The notes: generated by a model not told the origin, from the sequence alone. Counted from the stretch's first letter, positions 21,562-31,297 are shown. The stretch is 40,000 nt of DNA from Marinobacter salarius (GCF_032922745.1 NZ_CP136693.1:2514967-2554966), one strand, 5' to 3'. Numbers and translations: made by a program.

Positions 21562-21754
21562 TGTTTCGCCGTGAAGCAGCCAATATCAAGGGCTCCCGCG
21601 CAGTTAGTGCCTATTCCGAACGCCGGTTAGTAACCGAAAGGAATAAAAATAGTGAAGAATGGAATTCTCTGACCGCTTATGCGATAGTCGGGAACGTCCA
21701 GGAAACAACAAACCAACCTATAACATCTTCAACCTGAAATCGAAGGGGTTTAGT

Positions 21755-22027
21755 GTGAACAAGTCCGAACTGATCGATGCAATTGCAGAATCCGCAGATA
21801 TCTCCAAAGCCGCTGCTGGCCGTGCTCTGGATGCCATGACCACCTCTATCACCGGTGCCCTTAAAAAAGGCGATCAGGTAACCCTGATTGGTTTTGGTAC
21901 TTTCTCTGTTAAAGAGCGTGCCGCTCGTACTGGCCGTAACCCGCAGACGGGTGCCGAGATCAAGATCCCGGCCTCCAAAGTGCCTGGGTTCAAGGCAGGT
22001 AAGGCCCTGAAAGACTCCGTTAAGTAA
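21755..22027 (+). CDS. hupB: DNA-binding protein HU-beta
   Basis: A GTG at 21755, preceded by GAAGGGG, gives a 90-aa protein (M)[27 protein letters not shown]...[27 protein letters not shown], the canonical HU length and sequence. The upstream part of track ORF 21659..22027 is not HU-like. Confidence 0.9.
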   Translation: MNKSELIDAIAESADISKAAAGRALDAMTTSITGALKKGDQVTLIGFGTFSVKERAARTGRNPQTGAEIKIPASKVPGFKAGKALKDSVK

Positions 22028-22125
22028 CGGACTCTTTCATCTGGCAATGTCCGGGGTTCCCGGTCATTGTCGGAGCGGTTGGTCCGGTGGCGATACCGCT
22101 GCCAGCCTGCTCCAGATGAATTCAA

Positions 22126-22154
22126 GGCGCATTCCTGAAAGAATGCGCCTTTTT
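22126..22154 (+). terminator. Intrinsic terminator after hupB
   Basis: ggcgcattc-ctgaaa-gaatgcgcc followed by ttttt. Confidence 0.75.
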
Positions 22155-22200
22155 ACGTTAAGAGACCCTCACAGACTTTGATTAGGGATCCGGGAGAGAC

Positions 22201-24054
22201 ATGCTTCAAGATATTCGGGAAAATGCCCAGGGCACCATTGCCAAAATCATCATTGGCCTTCTGATTGTTTCACTTTCGATCTGGGGAATGGACGCGATTG
22301 TCGGTGGTTTTTCCGGCGAGCCTGAAGTGGCAACGGTCAATGGGGAAGACATCACCGAGAGGGAATTCCTCCGGGTTGTACAGATCGAGAGTCAACGCCG
22401 CCTGTCCGAGATGGAGAATCCGGATCCGTCGTTGCTGGATGAAGATCAGGTACGTCAGGATGTTCTCGATGCCCTGATCCAGCAAAAAGTGATGACCCTG
22501 AACGCCGAAGACCAGGGGTTGGAACTCTCCGATGCCGATATTGACTCCCTGATCACTCAGATGCCCCAGTTCCAGGTGGACGGTACCTTTAACCGCGACC
22601 GGTTTGTCTCTGCGGTCAGGAATATGGGAATGGGCGTTGCCGAGTTCCGCGAAACCATGCGGAAGCAGTATGTGGTTAACCAGATCCGTGCTGGTATCTC
22701 TCAAAGCGGCGTAGTGACGGATGAAAATGTGGCCCAGTTGCTGCGCATCCAGAACCAGACCCGTGACTTCCGTGTGACGACGCTCTCTGCAGACGCTGTG
22801 AGCGATCAAGTGGAGGTGACCGAGGCCGATGTGGAAGCGTACTACGATGAGAATCAGGACGCCTTCAAGCTGCCTGAGAGCGTGGATGCCAATTACATCG
22901 TTCTGTCATTGGCAGCACTTGCCGAAACCATCGATGTCAGTGATGACCAACTGCGAGACTATTATGAACAGCGGTCCTCTGAGTTGGCCCGCGAAGAACG
23001 ACGTGCCTCACACATCCTGATTGAGGATGGAGAGAACGCTGAAGAGACCATGGCGACGATTCAGGAGCGTCTGACAGGCGGTGAGTCGTTTGCAGCGCTG
23101 GCTGAAGAATTCTCTGTGGATACGGTTTCCGCAGAGCAGGGGGGCGATCTGGGTTTTGCTGAGCGCGGTGTCTACGATCCGGCCTTCGAAGAAGCTCTGT
23201 TTGCACTTGAAGAAGGGGAAGTATCCGATCCGGTGTCCACCAGCTTCGGTGTTCATCTCATCAAGCTTGAGGACGTGCAGAAAACCGAAGCACCCCCATT
23301 GGCAGAGCTGGAAGATCAACTCCGCCGTGAGCTTGCCCAGCGTGAGGCCACCGAGCGTTTTGCCGAAGTTCGCTCAGAGCTTGCGGACCTGGCCTATGCG
23401 GCTGACGATCTGTCCGGCCCTGCAGAGGAGCTGGGCCTTGAAGTGCGGGAAAAGAGTGGTATCACCCGGAACGGGGGTGAAGCGCCCTTTGATCACGCGG
23501 GTCTGATCCGCCAGTTGTTTTCCGAGGATGTATTGACCGAAGGCTTTAACACCGAGCTCATTGACGTCGGCGATAACATGTCCGTCGTGGCTCGGGTGGG
23601 TGAGTACCAGGAAGCACAACAGCAGCCGCTTGAAGAAGTGGCCGATGAAATCCGTGCGGCGCTGACCAGTCAGAAGACTCGCGAAGCGCTCAGCGAGCGT
23701 GCTGACGCGATCATCGCTGACCTTGAATCAGGCAAGAACATTGAAGAGTTGGCGCTTGAGGAGTGGCAATCCTATGAGGATCAGCCCAGGAGCAACTCAG
23801 AGCTCGGTGGTGCTGTCATGTCCCAGGTGTTTTCACTTCAGCGCCCTGGTGATGGTGGCAATGTCTACGGCTCGGTGGTGTCCAATGACAGCGCGACCAT
23901 CGTGGCCCTTGATGCGGTTAACGAGGGTGACGTGAACCGGGATGGTGGTGAATTCCGGCAGCTTCGCGGTTTCCTCGCGTCACTTGAGGGGCAGCGCGAG
24001 TATCAGGCATATCAGCAGTTCCTCAGGGAGAACGCCGAAATAGAGCGGCCGTAA
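22201..24054 (+). CDS. ppiD: Periplasmic chaperone / peptidyl-prolyl isomerase PpiD
   Basis: 617 aa with an N-terminal membrane anchor ([17 protein letters not shown]) and a parvulin domain (HILI...FGVHLIKL). It holds the conserved position after hupB. Confidence 0.9.
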   Translation: MLQDIRENAQGTIAKIIIGLLIVSLSIWGMDAIVGGFSGEPEVATVNGEDITEREFLRVVQIESQRRLSEMENPDPSLLDEDQVRQDVLDALIQQKVMTLNAEDQGLELSDADIDSLITQMPQFQVDGTFNRDRFVSAVRNMGMGVAEFRETMRKQYVVNQIRAGISQSGVVTDENVAQLLRIQNQTRDFRVTTLSADAVSDQVEVTEADVEAYYDENQDAFKLPESVDANYIVLSLAALAETIDVSDDQLRDYYEQRSSELAREERRASHILIEDGENAEETMATIQERLTGGESFAALAEEFSVDTVSAEQGGDLGFAERGVYDPAFEEALFALEEGEVSDPVSTSFGVHLIKLEDVQKTEAPPLAELEDQLRRELAQREATERFAEVRSELADLAYAADDLSGPAEELGLEVREKSGITRNGGEAPFDHAGLIRQLFSEDVLTEGFNTELIDVGDNMSVVARVGEYQEAQQQPLEEVADEIRAALTSQKTREALSERADAIIADLESGKNIEELALEEWQSYEDQPRSNSELGGAVMSQVFSLQRPGDGGNVYGSVVSNDSATIVALDAVNEGDVNRDGGEFRQLRGFLASLEGQREYQAYQQFLRENAEIERP

Positions 24055-24056
24055 AC

Positions 24057-24086
24057 AAAAAGGCACCCGTTATCGGGTGCCTTTTT
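24057..24086. terminator. Bidirectional intrinsic terminator after ppiD
   Basis: aaaaa-ggcacccg-ttat-cgggtgcc-ttttt. Confidence 0.75.
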
Positions 24087-24100
24087 GCACTGCACGAGAG

Positions 24101-24126
24101 GCCCGGGCAACGTCCCGGGCTTTTTT
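24101..24126 (+). terminator. Second, plus-strand-oriented terminator hairpin; target structure of the group II intron
   Basis: gcccggg-caacgt-cccgggc followed by T6. The intron 5' end lies 4 nt after the T-run. Confidence 0.65.
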
Positions 24127-24130
24127 AGTT

Positions 24131-26059
24131 GTGCGCCAGGCATGGCGCGTAGCGCCTTGACGGGCGCTGTTCCGGTACAGGTGGTGCTGGCCGGATGACT
24201 TGGGGGTGCAAGTCCCCTGTGGACCCGGCAAGGGGAACCACTAGCCGGACGGCAAGGGTGTCCATCGTGAGATGGAATCTGAAGGAAGCCGCAGGCAAAG
24301 CACTGGCCTGACGAACAGAAATCGCATATGAGGCGGTCACACCGGGTAAGGCGTCAACTATCGTCAAAGCCCTGTACTTGCACGGAAGGTGTGGACGTAA
24401 ATGCGGCTGGCATAAGTGTGAAGGTCACGCGTCTTACCCTGGGAAGTCTGGTTCTCTGCCGCTGTGCTACTCACTTCGCGAGAGGTGGGGATGGGGAGCC
24501 AGAACTCAGCCGAGGTCATAGTAGGTGCGTTACCGCGTACTGAAGGACCGAACATGGTTGGCCGTTAGTAGACGGTGAGTTCTCGTGATGTGCTTATGAA
24601 GACAGAAGCGACCCGGATGGGTCAGGGCATTCAGGAAGGGGTTGGGCGGAACCCGGCAGGTACTGAGGCCCGTGTCGAGGCAGGCGCGGGGGCTCACCCG
24701 TGGACGAACGCGGAGCCGAACGCGCTGATGGAGCAGGTGCTTGAGCGCCCGAACCTGATGCGTGCGTATCAGCGGGTGGTGTCCAACAAAGGGGCGGCTG
24801 GCGTCGATCAGATGCCGGTAACAGCCCTGAAGGGCCACCTGCAACAGCATTGGCCAACACTGCGCGAGCGGCTGTTGGCCGGAGACTACCATCCTCAACC
24901 GGTACGCCGGGTCAGCATCCCCAAGCCGCAAGGCGGGGAACGGATACTGGGTATTCCGACGGTGCAGGATCGCCTGATCCAGCAAGCACTTCACCAAACA
25001 CTGAGCCCGATGCTGGAGCCGACCTTCTCGGATCACAGCTATGGGTTCCGCCCCGGTCGAAGTGCCCACCAGGCGGTCAAGGCGATGCAGCAACACATCA
25101 ACGACGGCCACCGCTGGGTGGTCGATCTGGATCTGGCCCAGTTCTTTGACCGGGTCAACCACGATGTGCTGATGAGCCTGCTGGCTTGTCGCATAGCCGA
25201 CCGGCGGATACTCACCCTGATCCGGCGTTACCTGCAAGCCGGCATGCTCGAAGGAGGACTGGTCAGCCCGAGACGGGAAGGCACGCCGCAAGGCGGCCCC
25301 CTGTCGCCCTTGCTCTCTAACGTGCTCCTGACCGAACTGGATCGGGAGCTGGAGCGGCGGGGACACCGGTTCTGCCGCTATGCGGACGACTGCAACATTT
25401 ACGTCAGCAGCAAAAGATCCGGCGAACGGGTGATGGCCAGTATTACCCACTTCCTGGAAACGCGCTTGCGCCTGAAGGTGAATACGGTGAAAAGCGCCGT
25501 GGACCGCCCCTGGCGTCGGAGCTTTCTGGGTTACAGCGTGAGCTGGCATAAACGTCAGGTCCGGTTGAGAGTCGCGCCCAAAAGCCTGAAGGCCTTCATG
25601 GCCAAGCTTCGCCCCCTGCTGAAACGGTCACGGGGACAGTCGTTGACGACCACCATCCGGAACCTGAACCCGGTGCTGAGAGGCTGGGCAAATTACTATC
25701 GCCTGACCGCCTCGAAGCGTTCGGTCGAAGCCCTGGATGGCTGGATAAGACGGCGGCTTCGCCTGATCCTGTGGCAGCAGTGGAAGCGGACCCGCACGCG
25801 GGCCCGCAACCTGGTACGGCTAGGCTTGACTGAGATAAGGGCTTGGAGGAGCGCGACCAATGGTCGTGGACCCTGGTGGAACAGTGGCGCGACTCATATG
25901 AACGCGGCCCTGCCTAAGAGGGTATTCGACCGTCTGTCTCTGGTAAGCTTGCTGGATACGATGACTCGGCTTCAGAGCCGACCATGAACCGCCGTGGTAC
26001 GGAACCGTATGCCCGGTGGTGTGAGAGGACGGGGGAGGTAACTCCCCCTCCTACTCGAT
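24131..26059 (+). mobile_element. Group II intron, bacterial class C (IIC)-like, apparently intact (1929 nt)
   Basis: The 5' end is GTGCG at 24131. The RT/maturase ORF lies in domain IV. Domain V is at 25987..26020 (ACCGCCG.../...CGGTGGT lower stem with CGC at the triad position). Domain VI is at 26023..26056, with a GUAA tetraloop and a bulged A at 26053, 7 nt from the proposed ...CGAT 3' end. Non-ORF RNA totals only about 516 nt. The intron sits just after a terminator hairpin. Confidence 0.85.
24575..25987 (+). CDS. Group II intron-encoded reverse transcriptase/maturase, with no endonuclease domain
   Basis: RT motifs are present: RVVSNKGAAGVDQM, RRVSIPKPQGGERILGIPTVQDRLIQQA, SYGFRPGRSAHQA, TPQGGPLSPLLSNV and FCRYADDCNIYV. 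The maturase X region contains LRGWANYYR. The protein ends shortly after X with no HNH domain. The start may be GTG 24575 or ATG 24596. The stop codon overlaps the base of domain V. Confidence 0.9.
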   Translation: MSSRDVLMKTEATRMGQGIQEGVGRNPAGTEARVEAGAGAHPWTNAEPNALMEQVLERPNLMRAYQRVVSNKGAAGVDQMPVTALKGHLQQHWPTLRERLLAGDYHPQPVRRVSIPKPQGGERILGIPTVQDRLIQQALHQTLSPMLEPTFSDHSYGFRPGRSAHQAVKAMQQHINDGHRWVVDLDLAQFFDRVNHDVLMSLLACRIADRRILTLIRRYLQAGMLEGGLVSPRREGTPQGGPLSPLLSNVLLTELDRELERRGHRFCRYADDCNIYVSSKRSGERVMASITHFLETRLRLKVNTVKSAVDRPWRRSFLGYSVSWHKRQVRLRVAPKSLKAFMAKLRPLLKRSRGQSLTTTIRNLNPVLRGWANYYRLTASKRSVEALDGWIRRRLRLILWQQWKRTRTRARNLVRLGLTEIRAWRSATNGRGPWWNSGATHMNAALPKRVFDRLSLVSLLDTMTRLQSRP

Positions 26060-26482
26060 GGCCTCGTCGATGTAGATTTCGGGGGTCTCCCCGCGTACAT
26101 CGAAGTAGAACCCATAGGTACCGGTCTCGGGCGGGGTAAAGCGGAAGTTTTCGAAGACCGCGGAGCAATTAGTCTTTACCGGTTTGTTCAGCTGGACATC
26201 TTTGTCTTCTTCCGACAGATAGCCGCAATTGGTGCCTGACGTCCAGTTGGCATCACCAAACTTGAACTCGTAGGGTTGCCCGTCAGCCTTGAGTTCCACT
26301 TCCGTGCGATAGAGCCCGTTGTCCACTTTCTTGACCTTGTATTCCGGCAGTGCATCCCACCAGGCAAATTGCCCACGTAGATACAAGGATTTGCTGTAAT
26401 CGCGTTCACCACCGGTGGTGGCACAACCGGCTGTGATGGCCATAACCGAGGCCAAAGCCAGCGTTGTGAGTTTCCTGTTCAT
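26051..26482 (-). CDS. Small lipoprotein, possibly glycan/starch-binding (CBM-like beta-sandwich)
   Basis: ATG 26482 is preceded by AAGGAG and gives MNRKLTTLALASVMAITAGC (lipobox). The mature part, YLRGQFAWWDA...YKVKKVDNGLYRTEVELKADGQPYEFKFGDANW, has the pattern seen in carbohydrate-binding modules of amylolytic enzymes. It lies directly downstream of the pullulanase gene. The functional call is inference only. Confidence 0.55.
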   Translation of the reverse strand: MNRKLTTLALASVMAITAGCATTGGERDYSKSLYLRGQFAWWDALPEYKVKKVDNGLYRTEVELKADGQPYEFKFGDANWTSGTNCGYLSEEDKDVQLNKPVKTNCSAVFENFRFTPPETGTYGFYFDVRGETPEIYIDEAIE

Positions 26483-26558
26483 GATTGTCTCCTTTATGGT
26501 TGCTGGCCCCATGGGATCTGTTCCTCCACGGGGCCGCCAGGTGCCGTTGTCAGCGGCC

Positions 26559-29500
26559 TTATCGATTGAATACAGCCACTGACAGGGCGGGTACCGTGAA
26601 GGTGCCGTTCGCTGCCGCAGCGGTCTGTTCCGGGGAGGTGTCCGTCATCACTGAGAAGACCTCGTTAAGGCTGGTGTCCAGTGCCTGTTGGGTCCCTGTG
26701 CTGTTGATCACCACGACGATCTGATTCACGTCACTGTCCAGATCGGCCAGGCCGTTGTCGGGGCCATCGTCCAGACTGAAGGCGATCACGCCGGGTACCT
26801 GACTGGGGCCGGTGTTGTGGAACGACAGCCGTTCACTGACCTGTTCAGCGGTGCGTAGACGGAAGAGCTCGCTTTCGCCACGAACCGTCAACAACTTCTC
26901 GACCTGCTCGCGGGTGTAGTCGATCTCGCTTGGCGTTGGGCCGGCCTGGAACTGGCCGATGATCTCGGTGATCAGGTCCCAGTTCGCGCCGTCCTTGTCC
27001 TGACGGGGCAGGCCACGATTCCAGGCGGTTTCCTGGTAACTGAAGTCGACTTCATTAAACCAGTCCCCGGAATCGTAACTGTCCCTTTCCATGGATTTGG
27101 AACGCAGCAATTCCGAGCCCATATGGATGAAGGGAATGCCCTGGCTGAGAATGGGGACGGAAAGGCTCACCACCTGCATCTGGGCACGTTCCTGAAGCGT
27201 GGCGGCGAAATCCGCCTTGTACTGGTTGTTGTCCCAGAGCGTCTGGTTGTCGTGCTTGGAGACGTAGTTGATGATTTCCTGGGGATCGCTGGTATACCCG
27301 GCATTCTGACCGTTGTAATCGATCTCTCCGCCGGTTCTGGTGGTGCCATCAGCGGTGACCAGTGAATAGTCGCTCAAGCTGCCGGCAATGCCAACACGGA
27401 TCCAGTCGCTGATCTGCAGTAGTCGAGTTTTCTCAGCGTCGCTGCCGCTGTTTCGGTCGTTGGGAATGCTGAACAGACCATTGCTGAAGCCCTGGTTGGC
27501 GCGCAGTGCGTCGCCGCCATCGAAGGGGGCACCACCACGTACGGCGTCACGCAGGCGGTCGTTGAAGGAGCCGATGCCCGTTCCGGCCATGTTCGGCTGG
27601 ATGGCGTTGACACCACGAGCGTTATCGGCGACTTCACCGAAGTTCCAGCCCTCACCGTAGAAGTAGGTGTCTGGATCGACTGCAGTTACGGCGGCCAATG
27701 CCTTCTCCATATTCGACAGCATGTGATGCCCCATCAGATCGAAGCGGAATCCGGAAATGCCGTACTCCGATGTCCAGGTGACCAGGGAGTCGATCATCAG
27801 TTTTTCCATCATCCGGTGCTCGGACGCCGTATTTTCACAGCAGGTTGATTGCTCAACGACACCGGTTTCGGGGTTCTGGCGGTGGTAGTAGCCGGGGACC
27901 AGTTTGTCGAGGACCGACTTGTCGGCAAGCCCAGAGGCGTTGGTGTGGTTGTAGACCACATCCAGGACCACGTTCAGGCCCAGATTGGTGGCGGACTGCA
28001 CCATTTCACGGAATTCCCGTATCCGGGTTACGCCGTTGGCATCGGAGGCATAGCTGCCCTCGGGAACGGTGTAGTGGACGGGGTCATAGCCCCAGTTGAA
28101 GCTGTCGAGGCCACGAAAAGTGCCATACAGCGCCTGGGCGTCGCCGGTTGTCGGGTCGAAGGATGCCAGGACCGTGCGGATGGTATCGCCACTGCCGCAG
28201 AGGTCCGCATAGTTCGCTGCGGCTTCGTCGGACAGGTCGCACAGTTTGCTGAAGTCGTCGTTGATATTGACCACCTCGGCCGGGTCTTCGTTGATCGTTG
28301 CGATATCGAAGGACGGCAGCAGGTGGAGGTGGGTGATGCCAGCGTTCGCCAGGCTTTCCAAGTGGGTGACGCCATCGCTGGTGGATTCCGTAAAGGCGGC
28401 GTACTTGCCCCGATTGGCCGCTGCAACGGTTTCGTCGGTGGCGCTGAAATCGCGAATATGGGTTTCATACACCACGACATCCTCGGGTGCCTGCACTGTC
28501 GGTGGGGTCAGGCTGTCCCAGTTGGCCGGTTTCAAGTCGCTGTCAGCCAGGTCGACGACCTGCGCATACACCCCATTTTCGGAAAGGCTCAGGGCATAGG
28601 GGTCCGATGTCATAGTGGTTTCGATGGCATCGGTACGGGGGTGGTAGACCGTCACTTCATACTGGTAGAACTTACGGTCGACATCGGTGGTATTGCCGGT
28701 ATGCCTCCAGACACCATTCTCCCGAATCATGTCTACCGGATAGCCGCTCACCATGCTGCCGTCGGCATTGAACACGTGCAGGCGCATGCTCTGGGCGGTT
28801 GGGGCCCAAACTGCAAACCCGGTATCGGCGCCGCTAACGGTAGCGCCCAGAGTGCCGTCATAGGCATAGAGATCGTCGAGCACACCCGGGATCTGAAGGC
28901 GGGTAGCCGATATCAGCTCATCATTGCCATTGTAGGCGCCGGCAATCAGTTGGCCGCGCAAAGCGTCCATTTTGGTCTGACTGTCTGTGTCCACGCTATA
29001 GGCCGGCCAGCCCGCAAGATGGGGGAATGCCTCTTTCAGATCTGGCGAGAGGGTGGTTGCGCTCAGCTCAATAGCGGTGCCCCCGTTCAGAGTTTTATCG
29101 GAGTCATCGACAGTGATGCCGGCGCCAGCGTCATATCGAAGTTCGACTCGGGTTGCCGAGGCGGTGTCGGCAAAAACAAGCGTATTGGCATCCAGCCAGT
29201 GTGCCTTGGCGCCGTCGACGGCCAGTTCCTCGGCTTCGATCGGGTCGGGGGAGAGCAACTGACTGCCGCTGATCGTGAAGATCCGATTGCCCAGGGCGCC
29301 AAAATGCCAGCGTTTATCATTGTCACCCAGGTCTTTCTCATCACCCTTGTGCATGATGAAGTTCATGCAGTCTCCGCCATCGCGCATGGGAATGATGTAA
29401 TAGGCGCCGTAGGTGTCGTTCACACCACTGGAGGTGTGTGGGTCGGTCCACTCGGTAGGCACGCCTTCCGCCAGGCCATCGCAACCGGCTGCGGTGTCGT

Positions 29501-29717
29501 TCCAGAGATGGAGCCCCCAGCCGTCGTAGTCGCCGGCGGGGCGTTTGTAATAGAGGATGGCTTCGTTGTCGCCGGGTTCCAGCAGGGCGGTTGAGTCGTC
29601 GTTTCCACCGTTGTTGCCGGAATCGGGTGAAGAGTTGCTGCTATCGGAGTTACAGCCGACAAGGGCCAGGGAGAGTGCCAGGGCCCAGCCGCCGGCAACC
29701 CGTTTATGGTCAGGCAT
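26559..29717 (-). CDS. pulA: Pullulanase (GH13, type I), lipoprotein
   Basis: An internal ATG at 29717 gives [22 protein letters not shown] (lipobox). The pullulanase signature [18 protein letters not shown] is present. GH13 regions I-IV are [28 protein letters not shown] and YVSKHDN. Confidence 0.9.
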   Translation of the reverse strand: MPDHKRVAGGWALALSLALVGCNSDSSNSSPDSGNNGGNDDSTALLEPGDNEAILYYKRPAGDYDGWGLHLWNDTAAGCDGLAEGVPTEWTDPHTSSGVNDTYGAYYIIPMRDGGDCMNFIMHKGDEKDLGDNDKRWHFGALGNRIFTISGSQLLSPDPIEAEELAVDGAKAHWLDANTLVFADTASATRVELRYDAGAGITVDDSDKTLNGGTAIELSATTLSPDLKEAFPHLAGWPAYSVDTDSQTKMDALRGQLIAGAYNGNDELISATRLQIPGVLDDLYAYDGTLGATVSGADTGFAVWAPTAQSMRLHVFNADGSMVSGYPVDMIRENGVWRHTGNTTDVDRKFYQYEVTVYHPRTDAIETTMTSDPYALSLSENGVYAQVVDLADSDLKPANWDSLTPPTVQAPEDVVVYETHIRDFSATDETVAAANRGKYAAFTESTSDGVTHLESLANAGITHLHLLPSFDIATINEDPAEVVNINDDFSKLCDLSDEAAANYADLCGSGDTIRTVLASFDPTTGDAQALYGTFRGLDSFNWGYDPVHYTVPEGSYASDANGVTRIREFREMVQSATNLGLNVVLDVVYNHTNASGLADKSVLDKLVPGYYHRQNPETGVVEQSTCCENTASEHRMMEKLMIDSLVTWTSEYGISGFRFDLMGHHMLSNMEKALAAVTAVDPDTYFYGEGWNFGEVADNARGVNAIQPNMAGTGIGSFNDRLRDAVRGGAPFDGGDALRANQGFSNGLFSIPNDRNSGSDAEKTRLLQISDWIRVGIAGSLSDYSLVTADGTTRTGGEIDYNGQNAGYTSDPQEIINYVSKHDNQTLWDNNQYKADFAATLQERAQMQVVSLSVPILSQGIPFIHMGSELLRSKSMERDSYDSGDWFNEVDFSYQETAWNRGLPRQDKDGANWDLITEIIGQFQAGPTPSEIDYTREQVEKLLTVRGESELFRLRTAEQVSERLSFHNTGPSQVPGVIAFSLDDGPDNGLADLDSDVNQIVVVINSTGTQQALDTSLNEVFSVMTDTSPEQTAAAANGTFTVPALSVAVFNR

Positions 29718-29899
29718 AACGTGTATCCTTTTGCCATTGTTTTTGTTTGGGGTGTTGCCTGCGAACCGGCAGGACCTGTACGCAAGCGTCACACGGTCAT
29801 AGTTGCGCGAAGCGATTCGGCACACATCCTTCGGCAACGGACTTTTGCAGGCGTAGTCCGCGGGGCGTACGGGGAGTAGAAAGTAAAGGGAGAGCGCAC

Positions 29900-29925
29900 A
29901 AAAAAGGCCGGCTGAAAAGCCGGCC
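29900..29925 (-). terminator. Intrinsic terminator after lamB
   Basis: The minus strand reads ggccggc-ttttca-gccggcc followed by tttttt, 37 nt after the lamB stop. Confidence 0.7.
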
Positions 29926-29962
29926 CAAGGAGGTCCAACGAGAGTGTGTGGGGTTTAGAGCC

Positions 29963-31297
29963 TTACCACCAGGTTTCGATCTGGGCACCGATCTGGATGT
30001 CGCCATCGATGCCCTCACTGCGAGCGGCTTCCGCCTGATCGCCAAAGAACGCTGCGGCGTAGGCGCGGATCACCGGGCGTGCCCAGTAACCGGGACCGGC
30101 ACTCCACTGCTGCGCAATGGCTACCTTCTGCAGATCGGTCTCTTCGTCGTTATAGGGCTGGTGCACGTCCTCGTAGCCAATTTCCAGAGCCGTGCTGGTC
30201 ACGGAGTTCCAGTTGTAGATCGGGCGAGCAACAACGCTCAGGCGGGTGGGTTCTTCTTCATTGATCGGGCCGTAGGTTTCACCTTTGGAATACAGGGCGG
30301 AGTAGCCAAGCTCCCACGGGCCACCGAGTTTGATTACACCATGGTTCAGAACCCGCCAGCTCTTCTCAAGCGTACCGGGGTAGTAGGGCCCATTGAGGCT
30401 TGAATTGCCACCCTGGTTATTGAATGCTGCTTCGCCCAGTGAGTCGGTCGCATACTGCAGGACGAACTTGTTAAAGCCGCCCATAAAGCCCGTCGCAAGC
30501 TCAACGGTACCAAAGAAACCATCCTCGTCCATGATGTCGGCCGCTTCCTGCTCATCGGTCAGGTCGGCCATGCCATAGATGCCCGCCAGTGTCAGCGTGC
30601 TTTCGCCAACCGGGAAGGCGTAGCGCAGGTCCAGCTTGTTGTTCTGAACGATGGTGTTGCTTTCCTGCTTGTCAAAGTTGATCCATGCAGCGGAGAACTG
30701 GCCAGCACCGGCCTGAATGTTTTCAACGCCGGCACCGTAGCCGGAGTTGTTAATATAGTACAGGTCCAGCTGGTGCACGTCGTGACGCTTGTAGTAGCGC
30801 TTGCCAGCCCAGAGCGTGGCGCCAGGCAGAGATTCGATGACGTTAGTGCCGGACACGTAAAGCTGACGCACCGCTACTTCGCCGCCGCTATAGGGGTTGC
30901 CGTTGTTGTGAGTGGTTTCCTCGCCGGCAAAATCGACGCCGTTGACATCGTCGGCGCCGTCAAATGCCTGGTAGTCGTTACCCTGGTTGATGGCTTCGTA
31001 GGAAACCATGGAATCGAAGCGGAACGTTTTACCGTCCTGGCTGAAGAGCTGGTCGCCAAAGGCCAGTTCAGCATAAGTGTCGCATTCGTCTGCAAGGCGT
31101 CCGACAAAGTGGCCGTTGGCACCGCTACCGAAACAGGTTTGTTCCCCGCCACTGCTGGTGTTGGTGGAAAGGCCTGAGCGGGCGTAACCGTGGAACTCAA
31201 CGGCGATGGCGGGCGTAGCCATGATGGCAGCTGTGACCGCAGCCGCAAGCGGGAGTTTGTTCGGGAAAAAGCGCTTATTGTTTTGCATCATCTGCAT
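29963..31297 (-). CDS. lamB: Maltoporin (LamB family outer-membrane channel)
   Basis: An internal ATG (31297, or 31291/31288) gives MQMMQNNKRFFPNKLPLAAAVTAAIMATPAIA (signal peptide) followed by VEFHGYARSG..., the typical maltoporin N-terminus. The aromatic C-terminus is ...IETWW. Confidence 0.85.
   Translation of the reverse strand: MQMMQNNKRFFPNKLPLAAAVTAAIMATPAIAVEFHGYARSGLSTNTSSGGEQTCFGSGANGHFVGRLADECDTYAELAFGDQLFSQDGKTFRFDSMVSYEAINQGNDYQAFDGADDVNGVDFAGEETTHNNGNPYSGGEVAVRQLYVSGTNVIESLPGATLWAGKRYYKRHDVHQLDLYYINNSGYGAGVENIQAGAGQFSAAWINFDKQESNTIVQNNKLDLRYAFPVGESTLTLAGIYGMADLTDEQEAADIMDEDGFFGTVELATGFMGGFNKFVLQYATDSLGEAAFNNQGGNSSLNGPYYPGTLEKSWRVLNHGVIKLGGPWELGYSALYSKGETYGPINEEEPTRLSVVARPIYNWNSVTSTALEIGYEDVHQPYNDEETDLQKVAIAQQWSAGPGYWARPVIRAYAAAFFGDQAEAARSEGIDGDIQIGAQIETWW

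Noticed and set aside
21659-21754. N-terminal extension of the hupB ORF (122-aa version)
   Set aside because: HU proteins are about 90 aa. The GTG at 21755 with an upstream GAAGGGG restores the canonical length, and the extension has no HU similarity.
24530-25549. 339-aa minus-strand ORF inside the intron
   Set aside because: It is antisense to the RT/maturase ORF, which carries all the RT motifs.
27849-29594. 581-aa plus-strand ORF
   Set aside because: It is antisense to the pullulanase gene, whose GH13 motifs are clear. Its composition is rich in G, V, A and D with no domain pattern.
29718-29837. 40-codon N-terminal extension of pulA, and similarly 31298..31462 for lamB
   Set aside because: The internal ATGs give proper lipoprotein and signal-peptide N-termini. 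The extensions lack signal-peptide character and would bury the signal sequence.
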